Part shown: piece by piece, positions 7,027-15,005 of the stretch | Layout of the letters: each line of letters starts with the position of its first letter | Position numbering within the stretch: the stretch's first letter is position 1 | The notes under the pieces: model-generated | Databases searched by the model: none | Seen by the model: the letters and a program-made list of their open reading frames with translations, nothing else | What the model was told of the DNA's origin: nothing | From: an uncultured Acetobacteraceae bacterium | GTDB lineage: Bacteria > Pseudomonadota > Alphaproteobacteria > Acetobacterales > Acetobacteraceae | Length of the DNA stretch: 24,000 nucleotides | NCBI GenBank assembly: GCA_903918195.1 | Contig: CAIXDS010000071.1 | Coordinates: forward strand, 1-24,000 | Direction of reading: 5' to 3' | Program-made: the position numbers and the translations under genes

Positions 7027-7363
7027 TCGGGGTAGCTTGAGCCCGGACGCCGTGCGCCAGATCCTGGGGTCACCACACGATTTTCTCAAAATCGCACGCT
7101 AAGCCGAAAGTCCTTTGGTTTTAGGGTATTGCGCAAACGATCGTGGCTCATACTGGATTCTAGGGTGGTGGAGATCCAAGTGTTTTCAGTGCGTTGTAGA
7201 CGCTTGCACCTGCCAGATGGTCACCTTGCGGCTACCCCGAGCGCCGTGGAGACGCAAACCAACCGGAAAACTGATGCTGCGTTGCCCGCAACCCTACGCT
7301 AACAAATTGATTTTACGGATATTACTACCGCCCCGAAACCCAGGATGAGCCACGCCTTCTGCA

Positions 7364-7397
7364 CCGTCCCCGCTATCCTCGCCCGTCCCCGCTATCC
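7364..7397. repeat. Two 15-bp direct repeats with 19-bp spacing upstream of a small ORF (candidate operator/promoter element)
   Basis: 'ccgtccccgctatcc' occurs at 7364-7378 and again at 7383-7397, 60-95 nt upstream of ATG 7459. Confidence 0.4.
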
Positions 7398-7458
7398 ACA
7401 TGGGGCGCTCCGATGGCTGTGGCCGCACATTGCGAGCGGCAGCCAGAAGGAAACCGCC

Positions 7459-7722
7459 ATGAGCCGAGTCCGCCCGACCGGGGTCCGGATCACCCTGTCG
7501 GGAACCGACCCGGTCGCCATCGAAGCGGCCGCCGACGAACTCAAGCATCGGTTCGCCGCCCGCTTCGCGGTGACCGGACGGCGCTGCTCCCCCGTGTCCG
7601 GAAAGGCGGCCAGGGGAGATCTAACGGTTTGGGGCACACTGCTGGTGGACGTTGCCATTGACCTGGACGCCTCGGTCATGGACCTGCTCGATCGCCTTTA
7701 CGCCGGGCAAGCCGGCGCATGA
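7459..7722 (+). CDS. Small hypothetical protein (87 aa), faint S10/NusE-like pattern
   Basis: Internal ATG 7459 of ORF 7345-7722 with GAAGGA 7 nt upstream. Third-codon positions are mostly G/C, as in confident genes here. No recognisable catalytic motif. Confidence 0.4.
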   Translation: MSRVRPTGVRITLSGTDPVAIEAAADELKHRFAARFAVTGRRCSPVSGKAARGDLTVWGTLLVDVAIDLDASVMDLLDRLYAGQAGA

Positions 7723-8081
7723 GCCTGCCTAAATCTTCAGCATTCCGTGCAACGCGCAGAAATTCAAAGAAGAATTTGTCTAACGCGCCATTTCCCCTCG
7801 AAGTTATCAACAGCTTTGGGGGATATATCCGGTCCAGCGTGGCAGCAGATCATCGCGGTGCGGAGCGGGAGGGGCGCGACGGCGCGCCGGACGCGCCAGT
7901 GCGACACCACGCCAGAGGGACTGGTTGCGTTTCCGTGAGCCTGTATGGCATTCCGGACCACCCCGAAACCTGCCGCACGGCCACCAGCGACGACTGTGAT
8001 CCGCCAGGGTCCGCTTCCGTGGTTCTTCGCAGAACGAAAATCATCGCGGACGCCGCCGGCCAGGATCGATCCGAGCAGTAG
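7719..8081 (+). CDS. Hypothetical protein (120 aa), doubtful
   Basis: ATG 7719 overlaps the stop of the previous ORF (ATGA 7719-7722). The 5' third is AT-rich with atypical codons. An antisense ORF (7764-8099) has similar coding statistics. No motif recognised. Confidence 0.2.
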   Translation: MSLPKSSAFRATRRNSKKNLSNAPFPLEVINSFGGYIRSSVAADHRGAEREGRDGAPDAPVRHHARGTGCVSVSLYGIPDHPETCRTATSDDCDPPGSASVVLRRTKIIADAAGQDRSEQ

Positions 8082-8288
8082 CGGCGAGGCGACCTGCATG
8101 GTCGTTCCGGAATCCTCTGTGGGTCACGAAGATGGTTTCCATACTGGGAGCTTCTGCGACTTCAAGCAGGTGGCCACGTCAGGATCTGTCGTCGTTACGT
8201 GCTATCTGCTTGGGTAAGCCAGACAAGACAGGGAGACAAGCTGAGCCATGAAGCCGATTCCCGCCTCGAAGTCGTGTGTTGCTCGCCC

Positions 8289-8906
8289 ATGACGAACCTT
8301 TGCCCGCGTAGCGGGCACGTCGTGCTGCTCGGCGACTCGGTTTTCGACAATGGTGCCTACGTCGCAGACGGGTTCGATGTCGCGACGCAACTGCACCAAG
8401 CGCTGTCGCCAGCTTGGCGGGCCACGCTGGTTGCTCGGGACGGGGCTGTTGCCGGCGATCTTCCAAACCAAGTCGCACAGCTGCCGGCTGATGCCAGCCA
8501 TCTACTGGTGAGCGTCGGGGGCAACGATGCGCTGGGACACCTGGGCGTGCTCGATGAGCCGGTCGGCTCGGTGGCCGAGGCCCTCGAACGGCTCGCCAGC
8601 ATTCGTGACGCCTTCCGCGCCGATTACCTCGACGCCGTCACCGCCGTGCTGGCTCTCGGCCTGCCGACCTGGCTTTGCACCATTTACGAACCACGTTTTC
8701 CGGAACCAGCGATGCAGCGCGCTGCCATCGTCGCGCTGTCCATCTTCAACGACATCATCACGCGCGCCACGGCAATGCACGGGGTGGACCTGCTCGATTT
8801 GCGGGTGCTGTTCAACGAGGACGGGGACTACGCGAACGCGATCGAGCCCTCTGCCCATGGTGGCGAAAAGATCGCTCGGTCCATCGTGCGCGTGCTGCTG
8901 GCCTGA
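8289..8906 (+). CDS. SGNH/GDSL-family hydrolase
   Basis: ORF 8199-8906 trimmed to ATG 8289. Block I is 'VVLLGDSVFDNG', block III is 'LLVSVGGNDAL', and the C-terminal block V-like segment is 'AIEPSAHGGEKIA'. 205 aa. Confidence 0.8.
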   Translation: MTNLCPRSGHVVLLGDSVFDNGAYVADGFDVATQLHQALSPAWRATLVARDGAVAGDLPNQVAQLPADASHLLVSVGGNDALGHLGVLDEPVGSVAEALERLASIRDAFRADYLDAVTAVLALGLPTWLCTIYEPRFPEPAMQRAAIVALSIFNDIITRATAMHGVDLLDLRVLFNEDGDYANAIEPSAHGGEKIARSIVRVLLA

Positions 8907-9008
8907 CCACGCGCATCTATCGGTGGCGGTGATGTGCTATGGTTGCCCGGGGCCGACGCCGCCTGCCTTGCCCGGCTGGTGTCGCGGCGCAAATGACATG
9001 CACATCGT

Positions 9009-9440
9009 TCATTCCTCACCCGGCAACGGTACGTGCCGAACGCTCCGGTAATGGTCATCAGGCAGGATCGTTTCCCCGTGTGCCACGATGCCAAAGCAGT
9101 CTGTGATGAGGCGGACGAACCCCGGCTGGTGCAACTGCCTGTCGGCCCGGATGACGAAGCGCCGTGCCACGGAATCATAGAGAACACGGCCACGTGGCCA
9201 TTCCTCGTATTCGGACCAGACTGGAGCCGTTGGAATTCCATCTCCGCGGAGTGCACGCGCGCCACGGCGGGCCAGCCGCGACCAGTGCTCAAGATGGCCC
9301 GTGTCCACGGTCAGCATGTCGCCATAGGCCTCGGCCCGTTCCAGCGGGACGGCCAGTGCGATGACGGTCGATTTTCCGCCCTCCTCGACCACCCAGAACG
9401 GGCCGACCATCCCGCCTCCGTCTGGTTTCGCCCCGTTCAT
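9009..9440 (-). CDS. Hypothetical protein (143 aa) translationally coupled to the DUF2779 gene
   Basis: ORF 9009-9503 trimmed to ATG 9440, which overlaps the upstream stop (ATGA on the minus strand, 9440-9437). G/C-rich third positions. Conserved-looking segments are 'GPFWVVEE', 'SEYEEWPRGRVLYD' and 'RFVIRADRQL'. Family not recognised. Confidence 0.65.
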   Translation of the reverse strand: MNGAKPDGGGMVGPFWVVEEGGKSTVIALAVPLERAEAYGDMLTVDTGHLEHWSRLARRGARALRGDGIPTAPVWSEYEEWPRGRVLYDSVARRFVIRADRQLHQPGFVRLITDCFGIVAHGETILPDDHYRSVRHVPLPGEE

Positions 9441-10921
9441 TGCTGCGCCAGCTTTGCCAGAGCGCGGTGCACCTCGACCATGGCAAGCGTATCGCGCTGG
9501 CAATAGGCGCGCAGCGCGGCCTGCAACCGATCGGCTTCCTCGGGAACCGCGAGAACGCCGGAGGCTAACTGCAGGAACGCCGCCGCCGCCGCGAGTCCAT
9601 CGGCGATGCCGTCGAGATCGTCGTAACCAAAGCCGGGGCGGAGGGCGGGAGCAACGGATTTGATCGAGTTGCTGAAGCCGAACTCAGGAAGGTAGACGGT
9701 ACCGCGCACGATCGGCAGCAGGTCCAGCAGCCGGGCGATGATCGCGGCGATCCCCGAGCACAGATCGGAGAACCGCGCCGCCAGTTCCTTCAGCTGCGTC
9801 TGTTCATAGGCCGAATAGACGATGATCGGCCCATCGAAGGCCCCGAGTGCCTCGATCAGCGTTTCGGCGAATCGGCGCCGCGGATCTTCGCTGCCATCGG
9901 CGAGGAACTCCCGGTGATGCAGGGCACCGTCGTCGGCGATCGCGTGCAATGACCATTGAAAGGGAAGAGTCTGGTAGGGTCGCGTCCCTTCGTAGAGCGG
10001 GATGGGTGGCATCATCGCCTCGAAGTCCAGGTAGCAGGCGGGAGGGCCGTAGCCCGGCAGCAGGCGTGCCAGATCGGGAGCGATGTAGGGCCGCCCGCTT
10101 GCGGTCGCATCGCGGATGATGGCTTGCTTTCCCGTCAGCGGGAAATCCGCCGGGATTGCTGAAATGGCATCGATGCCGCGCGCCTGGAGCTCGCTCGCGC
10201 GGGCATGCGACAGACGGGGGAGATAGGCGATCCAGTCGGCCGGCTTGTGTGCCGTGCACCGGTCCCAGTACTCGCACTCATAGGGCGCGCGGCACTGGCT
10301 GCCCGGCTCGGCATCCGGAGGCTCGGCCATGCGCAGACATGCCCGCATGGCGGGCAGCGCCGCGGGCAGGTCGCCAAGCCTCTTCGCCACCTCGGCACCG
10401 ATGTCGCTTCGGGCGAAGAACTCCGGCCAACTGATGCCGCCGGCCCCGCGAACATAGGACGTGTTCACATGGAGATGCTCGACGGATGGGATGGGGATGC
10501 CAGCGCCCCTGAGAACGTGGAGCTGAAGAGCAATGTCGTCGACATGATGGTCCTTGACGCTGGCGCTGCTCTTCACTTCCCGTAGTCCCCAGGTCGCGTT
10601 GCCCCGCCGTTCAAGCACGTCCACCCGGATACGGATATCGTCGTGCTCGAACGCGGCCTCGAAGATCGCCGGCACGCCCGTATCGTCCATCAGCGCGGCC
10701 GTGCGGGCGCGGGCTTCGGCATGCTGCCACGGTTCCTGGTCGACGAGCACGCCACCAGGAAACAGCAGGTACGCCTTGCGGCCGATCTGCTGTCCGATGT
10801 CCAGCGGGGATCCCGGCAGTGGTTCCTCGTAATTCGGCGGCTCGTTGACCAGCAGCCAGAGCCGGCGCAGGCATTGCAGACCGGCGATGTAGCGCGACTT
10901 GGTGAGATGCTGACCGGGCAC
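9437..10921 (-). CDS. DUF2779-type protein: N-terminal Cas4/RecB-like PD-(D/E)xK nuclease with a Cys cluster plus a C-terminal RNase H-like exonuclease domain
   Basis: ORF 9437-11089. Family N-terminus 'LTKSRYIAGLQCLRRLW'. Nuclease motif 'IRIRVDVLERR...WGLREVKSS'. Cys cluster 'QC...CRAPYECEYWDRC'. C-terminal 'CYLDFEAMMPPIPLYEGTRPYQTLPFQWSLH'. Start moved to GTG 10921 because the 56 upstream codons have clearly lower GC3; ATG 11089 remains possible. Confidence 0.85.
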   Translation of the reverse strand: MPGQHLTKSRYIAGLQCLRRLWLLVNEPPNYEEPLPGSPLDIGQQIGRKAYLLFPGGVLVDQEPWQHAEARARTAALMDDTGVPAIFEAAFEHDDIRIRVDVLERRGNATWGLREVKSSASVKDHHVDDIALQLHVLRGAGIPIPSVEHLHVNTSYVRGAGGISWPEFFARSDIGAEVAKRLGDLPAALPAMRACLRMAEPPDAEPGSQCRAPYECEYWDRCTAHKPADWIAYLPRLSHARASELQARGIDAISAIPADFPLTGKQAIIRDATASGRPYIAPDLARLLPGYGPPACYLDFEAMMPPIPLYEGTRPYQTLPFQWSLHAIADDGALHHREFLADGSEDPRRRFAETLIEALGAFDGPIIVYSAYEQTQLKELAARFSDLCSGIAAIIARLLDLLPIVRGTVYLPEFGFSNSIKSVAPALRPGFGYDDLDGIADGLAAAAAFLQLASGVLAVPEEADRLQAALRAYCQRDTLAMVEVHRALAKLAQQ

Positions 10922-11193
10922 TGATTGCGTCCGAGGTGGATGCAGAATCCTCCACGCCCCGATTGTTGTCGGCAACCGGAAATCGTCGCGCCTGGATGTG
11001 ACCACGTCCGCTTCTGTCGTGGCGGTGGCGTATTCTTTCGGAACGCCGCAGTGACAGGAGGCCACCGAACCGGCTATGACACGCTCCATGCCATGAGCAC
11101 CTGACCCGAGACCTCTTTGACGCTCAGGAATCAGCCCGCACTCGGACTCTGTCCGGACGGTCTGGTCCGCGTGTGTTCATCGAGGAGGTCCCC

Positions 11194-11517
11194 GTGTTCC
11201 AGGTCCAGGTTCCCGTTGTCATCGTTCCGTCCACCGAGGCCCGCGCGGCGCTCGGCGTTCAGCTTCGCCCGGCCGGGCTGGCGGCCTGGTGTGAGCTGGC
11301 CCGCCGTGGCCGGGGCCTCGAGATGGCGCATTTCCAGATCGTCCATTCGGGTGTGACGCTGGCTGTCTGCTCACGCCTGCGCAGCAATGGGTTCATCGAA
11401 ATCGGCCTTGGTCTCGGCGACCCGAGGCAGGCGGCCCGCGTCATTCCCGAGGCGCAGCTTCGTCGGGCCGAGGCCCGCGTCAGGACCCGCGCCGGTCAGC
11501 CGCCGCACCGTCGGTGA
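11194..11517 (+). CDS. Hypothetical protein (107 aa)
   Basis: ORF 11173-11517; GTG 11194 has GAGGAGG 5 nt upstream. High GC3 throughout. Followed by a stem-loop terminator. No family recognised. Confidence 0.45.
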   Translation: MFQVQVPVVIVPSTEARAALGVQLRPAGLAAWCELARRGRGLEMAHFQIVHSGVTLAVCSRLRSNGFIEIGLGLGDPRQAARVIPEAQLRRAEARVRTRAGQPPHRR

Positions 11518-11525
11518 CCGATCCC

Positions 11526-11551
11526 GGGGGCGGCAACGTCCGCCCCCGTTT
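11526..11551 (+). terminator. Stem-loop, probable intrinsic terminator of the 107-aa gene
   Basis: GGGGGCGG (11526-11533), loop caacgt, CCGCCCCC (11540-11547), then 'gttt'. It starts 9 nt after the stop codon. The U-tract is short. Confidence 0.5.
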
Positions 11552-11815
11552 CCCGTCAGCACGCCATCCGAAAGCTGTGATCGATGTCGCAATTGACAGC
11601 CGCCGCCGGCGCGGCCTATCCGTCCGGTTCCGTAAGCACCTGTCTGCCCACCCGAGCCACCCTGTCCGCCATCCCGCCGGCCCTCGGTCGCGCGGGCATT
11701 TTGCGTTCAGCGATGACCAACGCAGCGGCGAAGGCCGACCTGCGCGTTCCTGCACGACTAGGTTTGACGCACGACAGGCGCATCTCTCCCACGCGTGCGG
11801 TCAGGAAAAACTGAC

Positions 11816-13939
11816 ATGACCATTTCCGAGTATATGGAAATCGAGCACGCCGCGCCGGCGCGGTCGGTCAACAGCGGGCGGTGCCTGGCGCTCCGCTGCG
11901 CCCGCAATGTCTGCGCCGCGGCCTCCCGCCGCTCTCCAGAGGCCCGGGCGGTTGCCGACTGGCTCGCCGAACATGCCGAGGCACTCGGCCTGCCCGATGC
12001 GGCGCCGCCGGAGGAGAGCATGCCCGTCGGCACGCAGCGCCGCCGCGGCGTCTCGGCCGAGGTCTGGGACTGGGTCGGGCAGACGCTGGAGGATGCCTGG
12101 AACAGTGAGGCCGCCGCGGCGAACACGGCGGCCGAACGCTGGGCCAACGCCATCGCCGCCAGGCTCGCGCTTGATCCGGCGGAAGCGTCGGTCTTCTCCC
12201 TGGCGCTGCATTACCGGCTGGACCAGCGGGTCGAAAACCTGTTCGACGCGGTCAGCCAGTCCCGCGGCGGCCGGTCACAGCTCCACCGCGATGTGGCGCT
12301 GATCGGGCTGCTGCTCGGGGAAGCCGAGGCCGGGATCGAGGCGCGCCTGATGCCTGAAGCTCCGCTGCTGGCCAGCGGCCTGCTGCATCTCGACCGGGAC
12401 GGCGACCTGATGGTCCTGCACCAACTCGTCTGCCTCATCCGGCGGAACACCCCCCCGGGCGCCGATCTGTACGACCACCTGCTCGGCAAGGCGGCGGGCG
12501 ATCCGCTGCCTTGGGAGGCGTTCGCACATCTCGGCCGCGAGGCGGAGGTCGCGGCCGAGGTGCTGCGGGCGACGCTTGCCGCGCGGGAGAGCGGCGTCAA
12601 CATCCTGCTTTACGGGCCGCCGGGCACCGGGAAGACCTCATTCGCCGCCACCCTGGCCGCCCATGTCGGCGCCCGGCTGCGGCCGGTGACGGAAGCCAGC
12701 GAAAGCGGTTGGGAACCCCGGCGGCACGAGCGCCTGGCCGGGCTGCTGTTGGCCCAGCGCCTGGCGGCACCGGGGGAGACGCTGCTGTTGTTCGACGAGG
12801 CCGAGGACCTCTTCGTCGCCCGCACCTATCGGGACGGCGACTTGGTGGCGAGTTCGCGCGTCTTCATGCATCGCCTTCTCGAACGCATGACATTGCCGGT
12901 GATCTGGACCGCGAACGACATCGGCGCGCTCGGCCCGGCGGTGCTGCGGCGGATGACGATGTGCCTGGAGCTGAAGGTGCCGAACGTGGTGACGCGGACC
13001 CGGCTCTGGCGCCAGATGGCGACGGCGGAAGGTGTCGCGTTGCCGGAGGCCGACGCCGCCCGCCTCGCCCGGCTGGTTCCGGCCGCCCCCGCCGTCGCTT
13101 CCGCCGCGCTGCGGGCGACGCGCCTCGCCGGCGGCGGGGCGGAGACGGCCAGGCTGATCATCGAGGGCGTGGCGCGCGCGGTGCAGGGCGGTGGCCTTCC
13201 GCTGCCGGAGCCGGAGCACGATGCCGATTACGACCCCGCGCTGGTGAACGCGGATTGCGACCTCGCGTCCCTGACCGCCGGTCTGGTGCGGCAACGTGCG
13301 CCGCGCGCGGTTTCGTTCCTGCTGGCGGGACCGCCGGGCACGGGCAAGAGCGTCTGGGTGCGGCACCTCGCGGCGCGGATGGGGATGCAGGTGCTCCAGA
13401 AGCGTGCCTCCGACCTGCTCAATTCGTTCCTCGGCGGCACCGAGCGGAACATCGCCGACGCCTTCGCCGAGGCGCGGGACACCGGCGCCTTCCTGGTGTT
13501 CGACGAGGCCGACAGCCTGCTGCTCGACCGCGCCGACGCGGTGCGCAGCTGGGAGATCAGCCAGGTCAACGAGATGCTCACCTGGATGGAGCAGCATCCG
13601 TTGCCGTTCGCCTGCACGACCAACCTCCCGGCCCGCCTCGACCGCGCCAGCCTGCGCCGCTTCCTGGTCAAGGTCAGCTTCGACTGGCTGACGCAGGCCC
13701 AGGCGCGGCTGGCCTTCCGGCGGTTCTTCGGCATGGCGCCGCCCGCGGGACTCGACGGCCTGCTGACACTGACGCCCGCGGATTTCGCGCTGGTCCGGCG
13801 GCGCGCCGCGGTGACCGGCGCCACGGCGAACCAGGCGGCGCTGCTGCGTCTGCTGGCCGCCGAGTGCGAGGGCCGGGTCGGCGGGCGGCTGCAGGTCGGG
13901 TTCGCGGCCAGGGCGGCGGGTGATTGCGATGCCGCATAG
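11816..13939 (+). CDS. Tandem classical AAA+ ATPase (two AAA modules, Cdc48/VAT-like arrangement) with an unassigned ~250-aa N-terminal region
   Basis: ORF 11795-13939; ATG 11816 (AGGA about 9 nt upstream). AAA1: Walker A 'GPPGTGKT' 12614-12637, Walker B 'LLLFDEAEDL', 'WTANDIGALGPAVLRRM'. AAA2: Walker A 'GPPGTGKS' 13328-13351, pore-loop-like 'NSFLGGTE' (FLG 13427-13435), Walker B 'FLVFDEADSL', second region of homology 'TTNLPARLDRASLRRF'. 707 aa. Confidence 0.85.
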   Translation: MTISEYMEIEHAAPARSVNSGRCLALRCARNVCAAASRRSPEARAVADWLAEHAEALGLPDAAPPEESMPVGTQRRRGVSAEVWDWVGQTLEDAWNSEAAAANTAAERWANAIAARLALDPAEASVFSLALHYRLDQRVENLFDAVSQSRGGRSQLHRDVALIGLLLGEAEAGIEARLMPEAPLLASGLLHLDRDGDLMVLHQLVCLIRRNTPPGADLYDHLLGKAAGDPLPWEAFAHLGREAEVAAEVLRATLAARESGVNILLYGPPGTGKTSFAATLAAHVGARLRPVTEASESGWEPRRHERLAGLLLAQRLAAPGETLLLFDEAEDLFVARTYRDGDLVASSRVFMHRLLERMTLPVIWTANDIGALGPAVLRRMTMCLELKVPNVVTRTRLWRQMATAEGVALPEADAARLARLVPAAPAVASAALRATRLAGGGAETARLIIEGVARAVQGGGLPLPEPEHDADYDPALVNADCDLASLTAGLVRQRAPRAVSFLLAGPPGTGKSVWVRHLAARMGMQVLQKRASDLLNSFLGGTERNIADAFAEARDTGAFLVFDEADSLLLDRADAVRSWEISQVNEMLTWMEQHPLPFACTTNLPARLDRASLRRFLVKVSFDWLTQAQARLAFRRFFGMAPPAGLDGLLTLTPADFALVRRRAAVTGATANQAALLRLLAAECEGRVGGRLQVGFAARAAGDCDAA

Positions 13940-13958
13940 AAGAAGGCAGCATGCCGCC

Positions 13959-15005
13959 ATGAGGTATGGACCAGCAGAACGTCTGCTGCGCCTCGCCCGC
14001 TCTCTGGCGGCGACCCGCACCGGGCTGACGCTCGACGAAATGGCCGCCGAGCTTGAAGTCACGCGGCGGACGGCCGAGCGGCTGCGCGATGCCCTGATGG
14101 CCATGTTCCCGGAAATGGACAGCCAGGATGGCGACGACCGCACACGGCGCTGGCGGCTGCCGGGCAGCACCCTGATCGGGGTGCTGGAACCCCGCGCCGA
14201 GACCGTGGCCGCGGTCGAAACCGCCGCGCGCGAGTGCGAGCAACGCGGCGAAGCCGACCGCGCGGCGCTGCTGCGCGATGCCGCGACCACGCTGCGGGCG
14301 GTGATGCGGCCGGATGCCCTGCGCCGCACCGAGACGGGCATCGCCGCGCTGATGGAGGCCGAGGGCATCGCGATGCGACCGGGACCGCGGCCGGTGCTGG
14401 CTGCCGGGGTCCTGCCGACGTTGCGCCGGGCGATTCTGGGCATGCAGCCCGTCGTGGTCCGCTACGCGGGGCGCGATGCGGAGGAACCGGCGACGCGCAT
14501 CTTGTGTCCGTACGGCATTCTCTACGGCGGGCGCGGCTGGCTGGTCGCGCATGTCGAGAACCTACCGGAGATGCGGCTGTGGCGGTTGGATCGGATCGTT
14601 TCGGCCGATCGGCTCGAACGTTGCTTTCTGCGACGGGAAGATTTTTCGCTAGCGGCCTATGCGGCGCGGTCCTTCGGGGTGTTTCAGGAGGAGCCGATCG
14701 ACGTGGTGCTGCGGTTTGAACCGGAGGCGGCGGAGGACGCGGCATCCTGGACGTTTCATCCGTCACAATTTATCGTGCGGGAAGCGGATGGTTCTCTGAC
14801 CGTGCGGTTCCGGGCGGGCGGGGTGCAGGAGATGTGCTGGCATCTGTTTGCGTGGGGGACGGCGGTGACGGTGGTGGGGCCAGAATCGCTACAGGATACG
14901 ATCGCAGTTCTTGCGCGGGCTCTCGCCCAACACCACGCGAGGATCAGGGCTTGCGTTGACATATCAAACAAATCTGATGGCGGAAGGCACGATCATGCCA
15001 GATGA
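13959..15005 (+). CDS. HTH-WYL-WCX transcriptional regulator (YafY/PafBC-like)
   Basis: ORF 13920-15005; ATG 13959 lies 19 nt after the AAA+ stop. HTH: 'RLLRLARSLAATRTGLTLDEMAAELEVTRRTAERLRDAL'. WYL: 'VVVRYAGRDAEEPATRILCPYGILYGGRGWLVAHVENLPEMRLWRLDRI'. WCX-like: 'SLTVRFRAGGVQEMCWHLFAWGTAVTVVGPESL'. 348 aa. Confidence 0.85.
   Translation: MRYGPAERLLRLARSLAATRTGLTLDEMAAELEVTRRTAERLRDALMAMFPEMDSQDGDDRTRRWRLPGSTLIGVLEPRAETVAAVETAARECEQRGEADRAALLRDAATTLRAVMRPDALRRTETGIAALMEAEGIAMRPGPRPVLAAGVLPTLRRAILGMQPVVVRYAGRDAEEPATRILCPYGILYGGRGWLVAHVENLPEMRLWRLDRIVSADRLERCFLRREDFSLAAYAARSFGVFQEEPIDVVLRFEPEAAEDAASWTFHPSQFIVREADGSLTVRFRAGGVQEMCWHLFAWGTAVTVVGPESLQDTIAVLARALAQHHARIRACVDISNKSDGGRHDHAR

Noticed and set aside
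6550-7089. A 179-aa minus-strand ORF antisense to the HEPN gene.
   Set aside because: The plus frame contains the MtlR/HEPN 'RNRFAH' context and a coherent helical protein. The antisense product has no motif and overlaps the plus gene entirely.
7028-7250. A perfect 10-bp long-range inverted repeat (TCGGGGTAGC 7028-7037 / GCTACCCCGA 7241-7250) that could close a ~220-nt structured RNA after the HEPN gene.
   Set aside because: The pairing does not extend on either side. By rough expectation, several such 10-mers within 250 nt can arise by chance in 24 kb of GC-rich DNA. No Rfam-like motif was recognised.
10922-11089. 56-codon N-terminal extension of the DUF2779 gene starting at ATG 11089.
   Set aside because: GC3 in this segment is clearly lower than in the gene body, and DUF2779 proteins normally begin a few residues before the 'L[ST]KSRY' motif. 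I kept it as an alternative start only.
12511-14552. Long alternative-frame and antisense ORFs over the AAA+/WYL genes (12511-13923 +, 12638-14443 -, 13674-14552 -, 14059-14766 -).
   Set aside because: These are low-complexity Arg/Gly/Pro/Ala translations. The frames chosen instead contain Walker A/B, SRH and WYL motifs and have the high-GC3 signature.
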